From the human T2T-CHM13v2.0 reference genome, Homo sapiens, in NCBI RefSeq assembly GCF_009914755.1, contig NC_060930.1: a DNA stretch of 64,000 nucleotides; one strand, 5' to 3'. The stretch's first letter is position 1. Each line of letters begins with the position of its first letter. Positions 13,404 through 27,316 of the stretch are shown here, piece by piece. The notes under the pieces are model-generated. The model searched no databases. It had not been told where the DNA came from and was given only the letters and a program-made list of their open reading frames with translations. A program made the translations under genes and the position numbers.

Positions 13404-13850
13404 TGTCTTAGTTTGGGCTCCCACAAAAAAGCAGACCCCAAGATGAAATCTTGAGTTGAAGAAGTTTACCTGACAGGTGATTCCAGAAGGTACACCTGAG
13501 TCAGTGAGGAGAGTGAACCAGAGAGGGAGAAAAACAATGTAAAAGTGAGTTAGTGAGTGGGTTACTACTGTAGGCCACAGAGCCCAGTTCCACCTTCTGA
13601 GTATCCTGCAGAATGCACGTCAGAACTGTCCCAATAAAGAATAGAGAAGCGGGGAATTCATCCATGGACTCCCATCTTTTATTACTTTCCCTGGCCCTTC
13701 CAGTCTCCCTGTACAAGGCTGAAGACTAGAGAGAGGGCGAATCCTCCTTACGCCAAGAAGCAGAAAGACTTGGGCATTTAAGACTCTAGAAGGTACAGTG
13801 AACTCACAGGTGGCTGCTGGGATAGGCAACAGAACAGCAATAGTGTCTCT
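13404..13850 (-). mobile_element. ERVL-class LTR (LTR33/LTR16-like)
   Basis: tgtcttagtttgggctccc...gcagacccc...ggtgattccagaagg terminus. Confidence 0.55.
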
Positions 13851-14127
13851 AACAGCTGGAAATATAGAAAAATACTAATTTTATTATTGACAAAGATATT
13901 TATCTTATCAAATGCTGTAAAATATATTTTCATCTAAACCTTGAAACTGCAGATTTATCTCACTTAATTTATCAAAAATATCCTATGTTGGCAAAGCCTA
14001 TACTTTTGTTAAACCTATCAGCAAAATAAGACCTTTTTTCTTACAGAAACAGTCTAATTTCATTCTTAATTCAAATAAATATGTTAATACAAGATTTAAA
14101 AATGCTATCAAGTAATTCTCAAATTTA

Positions 14128-14475
<348 letters not shown>

Positions 14476-16646
14476 AAATAGTGCTAGAACTACTGATAAA
14501 TAAATTTTAGAATGCATACTGTAAGGAGATTAAAATAATGTAAATATAATACCATTAATTTATTCACTTTTTCGTAAGTTATAAAAATAAGAAAATCATG
14601 ATGCTGTTTCTGGGTAATTTATAAATACTTTTAAGCTAAAATTGTAAGTTATGTTTGAAGCGAGGTATATGTATTTCTTTGGTATGTGTGTGTATATACT
14701 TATTGTTCGTGTTCTGCTTTGGTGAATAATTAAATTACAACCAAATTTAAATATAATACATAACACCATTCATTTCTAGACCTCAGGATAATGCTTTCCC
14801 CAGTATGTAAAAAGGCGAAAACTACCTAATGCTAAAACTCATCAGTCTGGAAGAAAGCACGTAATTTTATTTATTTTTTTGTTCATAGGAATAGAAAGCA
14901 TTAAGAATTTTATAAGTAAAATTAGATGAAGATAAACTTCAATTAGAATACATGTTTAAAGATGTGCTTTTATAATGTGGATTTTAACTGCTTTATCAAA
15001 GTGCACACACCAAATCTGACAGAAATTATGAAAGTATTTTATTTGTGGATTTTATCTAATTTACTCTGGGAAATTTGATAATTCCAGAAGACATTTTAGA
15101 TGTGTTTAAAAGAATCAGAGTCATCAACATACTCCTTTGGCTAGCCCAAGGTGCTTTTCTTTCCAGCTGACAATACTTTTTAGGCATAAACGTTGAGAAA
15201 AGTGAAATAGAATTGCCTACACTTTAACATAGGAAAAACAGCCATAAAGTATTCAAAACATTTCACCGCTGATTTGCTTTCCTAGGCTCTCCTGCCGCCA
15301 CTGCTAATCGGGTTACAATTTCTGACAGTAGATTGTCATCACCTCCACCTCTCTCTACCATGTATCTGAATATCTCATTTTATCACAAATCTTCACTCTT
15401 AACAGAAATATGTGTGGTATAGGAAAGACTAGAAGCCCACAGGCTTTATGGGCCCTAAGTAATCATTAAAGGAAGCATCTCCTTTTTCAGTTATCCAAAG
15501 GTTTTTGAACTCAGGAGCAATGCCCTAAAGCAAGATATGGCTGGGTGTGGAAAGGGCTTTTCTGAACATAGGCAGGCTCTTAGGCCAGTCTGTGAAATTC
15601 TTTATGCTTAGGAACCCCTTGGATAGTGCAGACGTGAGACTACCAGACTCTTGGATATGCACGTGTTCAGTTTTACTAAATATTAACTATTGCTCTCCAA
15701 AATGGTTGTGCAAATTTACACTTCCACCACCCATAAGGTTTCCTATCACGCTAGATCTTTGCCAACTTTTGATGTCATCAGACTTTGAAATTTCTGTCAA
15801 TTTAGTAGGTAAGAAATATTATTTCATAGGTTTTACTTTATATTTTCTAAATTATTAATGAGTTTTTAGCTTATATGTTTGCTAGCTATTTAAGTTTCTA
15901 CTGCAGTTAATTACCTCATATCTTTTCCTCATTTTTGGTGTTTTTTAGAAATTAAATTTTGACTTCTTTTATCTATTCTATATGCTAATCCTTTGTTTTA
16001 TATGTTGTAAAGACTGTCACACAGTATATCACTGTCATATAACTTCAATCATGGAGTTGTCATCATCATGATTATCATCATTTTAATACTAATAATAACA
16101 GTTATGTTTACAATGTGCAGGGCCTGTTTTAAGTATCTTATATGTGTTGCCTTATTTAATTCTCACAACAGCTCTAGGAAGCAAGTACTTATACTCCATT
16201 TTATACCGACTAAGGTATAGAAAGGAAATTGATCGAGATTGTTCACCTGGTAAATGGCAGAGACAAGATTTGAATCTAGAAACTAATTTCAGAGCACTCA
16301 TCCTTCATCACTATACTATCTCATATAACTTCATCTTAATACAATATAAAGAGTATTATAATTTTCAAATAACCTTACCTTGGTTTTGTGTAAATGGTAT
16401 TGCGTTTTATAGTTAAAAGCTATATTCACATCACTTTGATAATTGACATTAAGTTCCCACATGGGTCATGTATTATGCTATACGTGTGGATTTAAAAAAG
16501 GACACAGTTTCTGCCTTCAAAAGCTTACAATGTAGGAGGTAAGAGAAACAATTGCAATACCGTGTGATGAACATTTGTAACAGGATTCAGCAAGTGATGC
16601 TATGAGAACATTTAGAAAGGTTCCCTAACATACAGTAGCATGTGAT

Positions 16647-17150
16647 TGCCAACACTGGCTCGGCCGGGGAGACCCTAACCCAGTGGTGCTAGAGGAATTA
16701 AAAGACACACACACAGAAATATAGAGGCGTGAAGTGGGAAATCAGGGGTCTCACAGCCTTCAGAGCTGAGAGCCCCGAACAGAGATTTACCTACATATTT
16801 ATTAACAGCAAACCAGTCATTAGTATTGTTTCTATAGATATTAAATTAACTAAAAGTATCCCTTATGGGAAATGAGGGGATGGGCCCAATTAAAGGAATA
16901 GGTTGGGCTAGTTAACTGCAGCAGGAACATGCCCTTAAGGCATAAATCGCTCATGCTATTGTTTGTGGCTTAAGAATGCCTTTAAGCAGTTTTCTGCCCT
17001 GGGCGGGCCAGGTTTTCCTTGCCCTCATTCCTGTAAACCCACAACCTTCCAACGCTGGCGATAGGGCCATTATGAACGTGTTACAGTGCTGCAGAGATTT
17101 TGTTTATGGGGCCAGTTTATGGCCGGATTTTGGGGGTCTTGCTCCCAACA
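16647..17150 (-). mobile_element. Solo MER9a LTR (HERV-K9/HML-3)
   Basis: Minus strand starts tgttgggagcaag..., has TG...CA ends and a perfect 6-bp TSD tgtgat (16641-16646, 17151-17156). Confidence 0.9.
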
Positions 17151-18675
17151 TGTGATGATATAGATAACTACATCATATGAATGACTTAACTGAAACTACA
17201 GTCAACAAAACTGCCAAATCTTTGTTACATATGCCAACCTTGTCTCCTGTTACTCATTAGTTTGGACCTAAGTGACCTAATTAATCTTCTAGGTCTGCTT
17301 GTTGAGATCTTTATGGATTCTGATTTGCCCGTGGAAAGTTTTAGCTAGCCTTTCACCACCATGTCATTTATAACTATAAACTTGCTCAGCACAGTATTGA
17401 TGGTATCATTCAAGTCACTGGCATCCCCCAGATTGATAAGACTCCTAGGATAGATTTTGCAGACAAGTCCAGGCAACAACCAGGCCACCTATCAGCATTC
17501 TCAAGATTGTTCATCCAGTTCCCTATCTGCTTCCAGAACAGAGGAGGGTTGTGGGGATGGGAGGGGGAGTGAGCAGAGGAGGGGGATGGATGGAATAAGG
17601 TCATGATAAGCAACTCAGGCAGCAGAGGTGGGGGTGGAGGGCAGTAGTAGTGGTAGCTGTTGCATCTTTGCCTTTTATTTTCTTTTTCATTATTTTCCAC
17701 CCATAAAAGCTGCATAATCTCTTCCAGAGAAAAATGACTTTTTAAGTTCAGAGGTGAGCTGAAAATGATGAGATACCACTTAAACTGCTGACACCTCCAT
17801 TTATTCTTCTTTAAAATGGAAAAAGTAAGGCTGCACACTAAATGAAAACATTTAATTCCTTGGTATGTTTTGGAGGGAAGAAAGATTAAGAGATGCCAGA
17901 GATTAGTTTTGCTTTTAAATCTTTGTCGTACAGAAGGGGAAAAGTGCATCCAGCAGTAAAGCCACTTGTGACTTCATACCAGGGCAGGTGCAGTGTTATC
18001 TGGATTTTTCCTATAATGTCATTCCAGATTGGTTATTTTTAAGCACATGAGCACAAATAGTGATTTCTTGGCTGCTAGTTTTCTATCTCACCTCATTGCT
18101 ATTTTAGCAATTGTCCTATAAATGGACAGTGCCGTGATCACACAGATGCTGGGAAAGGGAGAGAAAGAGGGCAGAGACAAGCCTGTGGACGACATGATGG
18201 GAAGGCAGGCAGGGAGTCTGCCATGAACACTGTTAGCAGGCAGAGGGAGCAGGGAAGCAAACTCAATGAAAATGCCAGCCCCCAGGATAGGCTCTTTGCC
18301 ATTTGTGGAAGAAGAGTGAGGTTCTTTAAAATTATGCAGTATAAAAACACATAAAAGCTGTCTAATATTTTTACAAACTGGGGGCTTACTTCTCTGCATG
18401 ATGCTTTCAGTGAATCCATAAAAGATCTAACTATTATCTGTTCACTCCAATCAATGACTGCAGATCCCTTTAGAAAAGGTTTGCAGGAAGGTGTACAGTA
18501 TGTACTATGCCACAGGTTCCTTCTTTAAGGGGACATGGTCCTCCCTTCAGCCAAAGGGATCTGGATGGGTGAACTGGTTTGGATCTAGAAACCAGGTGAG
18601 AGGTCATGGTCATCTATTGTACCATGACTCAAATCAAGTTTTTAGCTCTCAGACTTGGAGTTCCATTATATTGTT

Positions 18676-20839
18676 CAAGGGTTGGACAAAGAAAGGGTAG
18701 TCCCTGGCCAGATCTGGCCTGCCTTCTGTGTTGTAAAACCTATGACCTAAGAATGGCTTTTACATATTTAAATGGTTGGAAAACATCAAAAGGAAAATAG
18801 ACTTGGTGACAAATGAAAGTTTTATGAGCAATGTCCATAAATAAAATTTTATTGGAACCCAGCCACCTTCCTTTGGTTACTTGTGGTCTATGAATGATTT
18901 TACACTACTATGGCAGGGTTGAGCAGATGCATCAGAGACCAGATGTGTCTTCATTGCTTATAAGGTGACACTCAGCATGATGTTAAGGTGATGCAATTAT
19001 AACGTGATGGCATTTTGAGTGCCATACATATCACTCCATTGCGAAATATTTTTTTTTACCAGTTCATACAATTATGTCATGACAAAAAAATAATAGTGAA
19101 CTTTGCATGCATGCCTTTAAGGTACAGTGAAGCATGGATTATTTTGTTATCAAATTAAATGGCAAAGCATTACGTTTATTATGCAATGACACAATAGTTT
19201 CCAAGTGGTTCATCTGTTAGCCAAACAAGCGAGGAACGCCGTTTACTAATGGTGGATTCATTAAATTATGCTTGATCATAGCAGCCAAATAAATGAGTCC
19301 AGAGAAAATAAACTTGTTCAAGACTATTAGCATTTCAGCAAGAACAGTTGTTTGAAGAGTTCAGAACATTGAAAGTAACACCAATGGTCAAAAAAAAAAA
19401 AACAAAGCAGATGATTTCAAGTGGTTTTCTTTGGGTCTTTATGAATTGACAGATGTTTACAATACTGTTCAATTGTTTAATTCAAGGAATCAGTACTTGA
19501 CTAGTTTGAAGTGACTAAAGAATTAGCCAGTATGAATAGTCTGTGTGGAATAAATGCAGGTAAGCATATGTTAACAGAAGTTAAGAAAATATGAATCTAG
19601 TATAACATGAAGTAGAATCTGCTATGATGTGTTACAATTGAGGGTAGTAAAAATATAACTGGAGCAGAAAAAGACTTAGACAAATTTGCAATGCTTGTAA
19701 AGATGTAAAAATTTTTAAGCCTATGTTTATTTGTTGTAGTATCTGTTACAGGTATCTTGTGAAAAATACATTAATCTGTTGTGTATTATTAAACCAGTCG
19801 TACCAGTGGTGAACTTCATTTACGATTGTAGATTTTACTGTCGGTTCCATGAATTTTTGTCAGAGATAGAAGCTAAACATTAAACATGGCAGTTTTATGG
19901 TTTAGCAGTGGTAAAGTTTTATTGCAATAAAAATTTTGAGCTGAGGGATAACACTGAATTTTTTCTGAAAGAGAAGAACTGGTTTAAACCATTATTATCA
20001 AACACTGAATAGCTTTGGAAATTAGCCTTTGCTACAGACTAAATAATGTTTATTAATGAATTCAACCTAAAATCATAAGGCAAATGTCACTTATATATGT
20101 GAAGCTTAACTATAGTAAAATTACTTTGACAACTAATGTTTGAACTGCAATTAATGTCAAGCTGCTTTATACACTTTCTAATCTGTCAATGGTTAAAACA
20201 AGAATGAGATCTCCATTCCCACATAAATTTGCAGTAGATACATTCTCAAGCTCAGACAATGGTTACGGCAATGTTTTTCAGACCTCAATGGAAGTGCAAA
20301 GGAAATTTCAGTATTTCGAAACTGATTTAGTTGTACAATTGAGGAACTTCTTGCAATGTAATGACCTGTTAACAGGCAAATATAAGGGAAGAGTCTAGTA
20401 AAATTCCATAAATACCTTCTAAGCAATGAATACACTCAAATAAAAATCCATGCTCCTGAATTTCATGTTAATATTTGGTGATGCCTATCTGTATAAAAAT
20501 GTAGTTTCAAATATTAGATTAAATGTATAAAAGTTCATTAAAGATCAAAATGACAGATGATATTAGCAAACAACTTTAATGATAGAAAACACTAATTTTG
20601 AACCTGAATTAAGTGAAATGTTATCCCCCCAAAAAATTCCTTTTCCTCATTAGTATTACAAAAAAAGTACTCAATTAGTAGTATTATATTTTAAGTTTCA
20701 TCAACAAAAATTTTGTAAAAATTTGTGTTATCTTCTGTAATATAAGTACCTATATAACATCATTAATTTTGCTTCTTGAAGTGAAAAGTCTAAAATATTT
20801 ACTATCTGTACCTTTACAGGGAGAGTTTGGTAAATCCTG
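18676..20839 (+). mobile_element. Near-full-length Cheshire (hAT-Charlie, MER58 parent) DNA transposon with decayed transposase
   Basis: MER58-like termini (caagggttgg... / ...tttacagggagagtttggtaaatcctg). Degenerate hAT motifs: FSLGLYELTDV (~19425), CVTIEGSKN (~19628), VLWFSSGKVL (~19892), FGDAYLY (~20474). Confidence 0.8.
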
Positions 20840-20859
20840 ACATAGATTAAGTAACATTT

Positions 20860-22360
20860 TCATGGGTAGTCCATCTATTTCATTTCCAAGGACACTGTGG
20901 TCAGCAATGACCACTGTAAGTCAAAAACTTTCTAATTATCACTTTGTCTCTCCTGTACTTTTCTGTAAATGCATTTCATCTTTCTTTGGTAGTAAAAACT
21001 ACCAAATGACCTATGTCACTCTGGGATCTCATATTCCCACCAAAATATCAATGTGGAATCCTCACCGTCATTTGAGGCCTACAGATGACAGCCACCATAT
21101 AGCTAACATGCAAGAATGCTGATGCTCTCTTCACCAGTGAATTTCTCAATTGTGAAGGAAGCATCTTTGGGCCACCTTGGGATGTGGAGAGTAGAGGCAG
21201 GGTGTTCAGGGAACACATTATAAATGTGCTTCAACATTGTTGTATTCCTAAGACTCCAGATTCCTTCACATTTTGCCAAGGAAGTTCAGGCATGTCAATC
21301 TCATTAAACATAAGCCATGGTTGAGTCAATCTATCAACCAGGCAAACTGCTAGAGCCACATCTAGCTTCACGAGATAAAATATTAAATCCGGGGTTTCTG
21401 GTAAGTGCACTCACATCAATAAGTTCAATAAAATCCAGTCCACTTGTTATATTTCATTCTCCTTGGTCTAATACCCTTGGAATAAACTCCCACACATATT
21501 TTTTTCAGGATTCTACCACTAAAATTAGCATAATCTTACAACTGTTTTAGCATGTAAGTTATTTCCTCCTGGGTCAGACTTTGTACTTGCCCTTAGGGAA
21601 CATGCTGAGATCGGGCCCTTATTATGGGTATAGTGAGAAAAGGAATGGTCAGAATGGGTTGATGAGAAGACGTATTTCATGGCAAGGCAACTGCCCCATT
21701 ATTAAAGTTTATTCAAGAAGCAGAAGGCTGGTCTCTCCAGGTATGTGAGGATAGGCATCTTCTGCTGGCAAAGGAGGTCAGATGACTCAGGGGTTCAGAA
21801 TTCTGAGCTTGCTATGAATCCATCCTGATGTCATTCTTTCGAGTCTAAGGGTCATTATCTTTTCTAGTTGATACCCAACCTTCACTTGAGAAACTTGAGA
21901 GTCTATAAATTCAAATTCAACTTTCAACTCTGAAATCTGTGCAATTAACTTTTGTGTCTTATTTTCAGCAAACAAGAGAAAGAAATGATATTCTTTCAGG
22001 ACTGGCCTGGAAGCTTCTTAATTATCTATGACTCAAGCTCAGAACTTAAAGAAGCAGGCTTTTTTTTTTCTTTCTTTCTTTTTTCCTTATGCAAGTGCTT
22101 TAGGGCATTCAGAGGGAGCCATTCCATACTATCACCCGTGTAGTCATCGTAGCTGCTGCAGTAGTCAAATGCAGAGGACATTTGGTTCTTCCAAGGCTCT
22201 TGCTTTAGTAAGCACTTGAAAAGCAACCACAGGTAATAGTTTTATAAACTGTGATGTCACTGCATGCCACTGGTTACTGGAATTCCATTTGCCATTAGCA
22301 GGAAGTTCAGCACTGCATTCAAGATGAGGGACCCAGCCAAAGCAAACCCACAATTCCATT
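20860..22360 (-). mobile_element. ERVL-class internal (gag-like) fragment
   Basis: Minus peptide AENKTQKLIAQISELK...SQVSQVKV resembles ERVL gag (AENQTQALI.RVAELQ...VSTVKV). It lies directly downstream of an LTR. Confidence 0.65.
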
Positions 22361-22389
22361 GTTGATGTTTGGTCCTACTGATTTGGGTT

Positions 22390-23084
<695 letters not shown>

Positions 23085-24318
23085 CTAATAAAGTGCACTA
23101 GGATGAAGTTTTAGCCACTTTTTCATTTAGTACACTTGTAAGACATGGTTAGAGTCTGGGCTGTAATTAAGGATATAGGAGAGGACATATATTTTCCCTT
23201 GAAAAGAAAATATTATTGGTTTCCCTATGAAATGTTTCTTTTTAACGTAGTCTCTGTGGAGTCACTCATTTACACTGTGAGCATTATTTATTAGCTCACG
23301 GATTTATAGAATACAAGTCAGGATGCACCTTCTAGGTTTATGGTGTTTGCTGCTGGGGGATTCTGTAGAATGGGAAAGAAACCTCATTTAAGCTAAGTTA
23401 TGTTTTCAGCTGTGCCAGTAGCCAATTTATTTGAAGTTGGCTAGAGTCTTAGTCAATTTTCTTTTGCCACAGTCCATTATTTATCAACAGAGGTCTGTGT
23501 TAAAGAGAGAAAGAGATGAAAGAAAGAAAAAGAAAGAGAGAGGAACATACATTTAAAAATATATAAACACTTCATCGCGGCTCCTTGATCCATTTTCACA
23601 ATCTCCCAGGGATTTGGGGAGAGGGAAGGAAGTGTGAGTCCCTTGCTTTAGGCACTGATTATATAAGGTGAGATTAATTTTCCCACATCGTGTATGGAAT
23701 CCATCTCCTTGCTTGGCAGTCATAGTTCTGCCTCACTTAAATCTATTTGCATCTAGCTAAGCCCACAGAGGAGGGTGTAGCTTAGAATAGAATTTTGCCT
23801 TTCCAATGCTTCTTTGGGAACTTTTCAGGATGATGATAAAGGAAATAATATGGTTAGCTTCAAACGTGCTCATAATTCTTCTGCAACAAAAATTGAAAGC
23901 GAGGGGTTGAGAGAAAGGAAGAGACCTGGCTATCTTCTGGGTCATGCTGGAATGCGCTGTTGGTTTTCAAAGTGTGAGGAGTGTTTCAAGATAGTAGGGA
24001 TCAGGGACAGGCCAAATGGACCCTGTGATGGGGGCCTCTGTTATCCTTCACTGCAGTTAATTAATAGCCTAAGGGAGAAGATAAAGGAGAAGAGAAATGC
24101 TTTAGAAAATAAATAAATAAAACGTGGGTACAGGGTCAAGTAGTGCTCTCGCTGTAGAAGGAGATGATTATTGTAATTAGCAGCAATGCATATGGATCGT
24201 GCCAATTTGTGAAAGCTGTGAGGGTGTCGTATTTCTTCTATTCTCTCCTCCTACAATCCTCTGCTAACTCGGCTACTCTTGTTAACCTGGTTACTCTGCT
24301 GTCTTTGTTTCTTCTCTT

Positions 24319-24371
<53 letters not shown>
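24319..24371. repeat. (TC)n(TG)n compound microsatellite
   Basis: Directly visible. Confidence 0.95.
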
Positions 24372-24378
<7 letters not shown>

Positions 24379-25349
24379 TACGTCTGTAGGTAGCTAGATA
24401 CATGGCTGTGGTAAGTAGTTCTACAGCAGGCAAATATCCCAAAACAGTCGAAAGGGCCAATGTTCTTAGTTGAATGCGACTCAAAATGCAACCAAGTCCA
24501 TGGTTGCCTGTGATTAATATGAACTAACCCCCTCCCACTTGAGGATGAGAGAGGAGGATTGTGTTGCCTTAATATTCACAATTGTCCATTATCTCGCATA
24601 TCAAAGAATGACTGAATTTTAAAGCTGGAAGGGCTTTAGAAATCACATTTTCTAACTTCTTATTTTTAAACATGAGAAAGCTGAGGCACGATAGGCTGAA
24701 TTATGTCTCTGAAGTAACACAGCTGGAGGAAAGCTGGGCCAGGATTGGAAAACAAAGGTTTGCCAGTAACTTTATTGCTGCTTCTTACATGTGATGTACA
24801 CATGAATAGAAGAGGGTAAATACAATATGTATGCATAGTGTAATATGTAAATACATTCAGCTATATTTGAATATGACATTTTTTAAAAAACTGCTCTTTC
24901 TACTTTTTTATGTACAGACATGGGTTCAAAGATCTATTAAGCTTTAACGCATACATTCTTAGATAAAAAATTTGTTATTTGTTGAATATCAAACTATATC
25001 CTTGATAACGTCCCTCCTTTTATCTTTCTATATTCTGCCTTTCAAAAGCTTCTATGAGAACTTTTCAGGATAATGATAAAGGAAGTAATGAGGTTAGCTT
25101 GACATATGCTTAAGTTCTCTTTGATAACCCTGTCTAAGGAAAGGTTCCTCGGGAGACAGAATGGTCTCTGAACTACGAAGAGAAGAACAGGAAGCAAAGG
25201 ATACACAGACAGGGGTAGAGGTAACAAGAGAAAACTGCAGGACCTGGGCGCTGATCGCTAAGTTCCTGCTTGGTCTCTTTTGGAGACCTTTGCTACTTTG
25301 TATATTCACCTTTAAAACTTTCTCTGGGTTGCTTCTTTTAAAAAGAGCA

Positions 25350-26160
25350 GTCTCTTCAAAACAAGACATACAGACAGCCAACAATCATATGAAAAAAAGC
25401 TCAACATCCCTGATCATTAGACAAAAGCAAATCAAAAACCACAATGAGATACCATCTCACACCAATCAGAATGGTCATTATTAAAAAGTCAAAAAATAAT
25501 AGATGCTGGCGAGGTTGCGGAGAAAAGAGAACGCTTATACACTGCTGGCGAGAGTATAAATTGCTTCAACCATTGTGGAAGACAGTGTGGTGATTCCTCA
25601 AAGACCTGAAAAACAGAAATACCATTGGACCCAGCAATCCCATTACTGGGTAGATACCCAAAGAAATAGAAATCATTCTATTCTAAGGACACATGCACAA
25701 GTATGTTCACTGCAGCACTATTCACAACAGCAAAGACATGGAATCAGCCTAAATGCTCATCACTGATAGACTGGGAAGAAAATGAGGTACATATACACCA
25801 TGGAATACTATGCAGCCGTAAAAAAAGAACAAGCTCATGTCCTTTGCAGGGACATGGAAGGAGCTGGAAGCCATTATCCTCAGCAAACTAACTCAGGAAC
25901 AGAAGATCAAATACCACATGTTTTCACTTATAAGTGGGAGCTAAATGATAACACATGGACACAAAGAGGGGAACAGCAGACACTGAGGCCTATTGGAGGG
26001 TGGAGGCTGAGAGAAGGGAAAAGATCAGGAAAAATAACTAATGGGTACTAGGCTTAATACCTGGGTAATGAAAATGTGTACAACAAACCCCCATAATGTG
26101 TGTTTATCTACGTAACAAACCTGTACATGTACCCCTGAACTTAGAAGTTAAAAAAACAAA
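25350..26160 (+). mobile_element. L1PA13-like 3' end
   Basis: ORF2 C-terminus plus 3'UTR aggaaaaataactaatgggtactaggcttaatacctggg...aaacctgtacatgtacccctgaact and A-tail. Confidence 0.88.
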
Positions 26161-26573
26161 TAAATATAAACAGCAATTGTGTTGTAGATTCAGGTAGTTC
26201 TCTCTGACATCACACAGCTCCTGTGCTTTGTTGATATTGAGTTCCAGAACTCAAAAACAGCCTTCAGTAGCCGGCATAGGCTCATTAGTCATCATTTCCT
26301 ATCTTTACTCTTCCTTTCTTGTTTTCCGTCAGAACCTATACCATGAATTGTCAGGTCATTTACTTTAACAAATGTTTATATATTTACCTTTGAAAAGAGC
26401 ACTGTCAAAAATCTTAATTTCAAGTTCCCACTCAGTTACTTAACTGTATGGCTACAACCAAATCACCCAACTTCTCAGAGGCTTATTTTTTCCTCTGTAA
26501 AACTGGAAAATTTATACTGGATCTGCTACTCTGATGAGATAAAGTGGGAGGTGCTTGTTATTTTTTGGTAAGT

Positions 26574-27174
26574 GTGGTGGGCAAAATTCAAAGATGGGCC
26601 CTGAGATTCCCAACCCCTGGTATATGCCCTATGTAATCTTTTCCCTTTGAATTTGGGTGAGACCTTAAGTGAATATGATGGAATATCACTCCTGTGATTT
26701 GGCAGGTAATCAATCAGCTGACTAAGAGTTAAGCAAGAGGGAGAAAATCCCAGGTGGGCCTGACCTAATGAAGGGAACACTTAGAAAGGAACTGGACTTT
26801 ATTTGACAAAAGACATGAAACCAGAGAGATACTCCTGTATCTCTGAGGAAGGAAACAGCCTTCTTGTGAATTACCTACCGAGGGGTGCACCTGTGAATGA
26901 GGGACGGGTCTGAGTGTGGAGCTGAGAGTAGTCTCCAGCTGAGAGCTGGCAAGAAAGTGGGAACCTCAGACATGAAGCTGAGCATGAATAAACTCTACTA
27001 CCACTTTATAGAGCTTGGAAACAGACTCTTCCCCAGTCAAGCCTCCAGATGAGAATATAGCCCTGCTGAGGCTGTGCTGGAATTCTGTCTCATGGGAATT
27101 GTGAGATAATAAATTTGTGTTGTAAGCTGCTAAGTTTGTGGTAATTTATTATGCAGCAATATAAAACTAATACA
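26574..27174 (+). mobile_element. MLT1E-like MaLR LTR
   Basis: tgtggtgggcaaaattc... through ...taagtttgtggtaatttattatgcagcaatataaaactaataca. Confidence 0.8.
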
Positions 27175-27316
27175 CTGGGTGCAGTGGTGTGTGCCTCTAG
27201 TCTCAGCTACTTAGGAAGCTGAAGCAGGTGTATCAGTTGAGCCCAGGAGTTGGAGGCCAGCCAGGGAGACATAGCAAGACCCCATCTCAGATAAATAAAT
27301 AAATAAATAAATAAAT
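27175..27316 (+). mobile_element. Alu monomer (FLAM-like) with (TAAA)n tail
   Basis: Single Alu arm. Confidence 0.8.

Noticed and set aside
17545-17645. G-rich tract as a G-quadruplex regulatory element
   Set aside because: G4-capable runs are common, and there is no associated gene or other supporting evidence.
23828-23915. ATGATGA C-box suggesting a C/D snoRNA
   Set aside because: No well-placed CTGA D-box or terminal stem, and the C-box is not retained in the duplicate copy.
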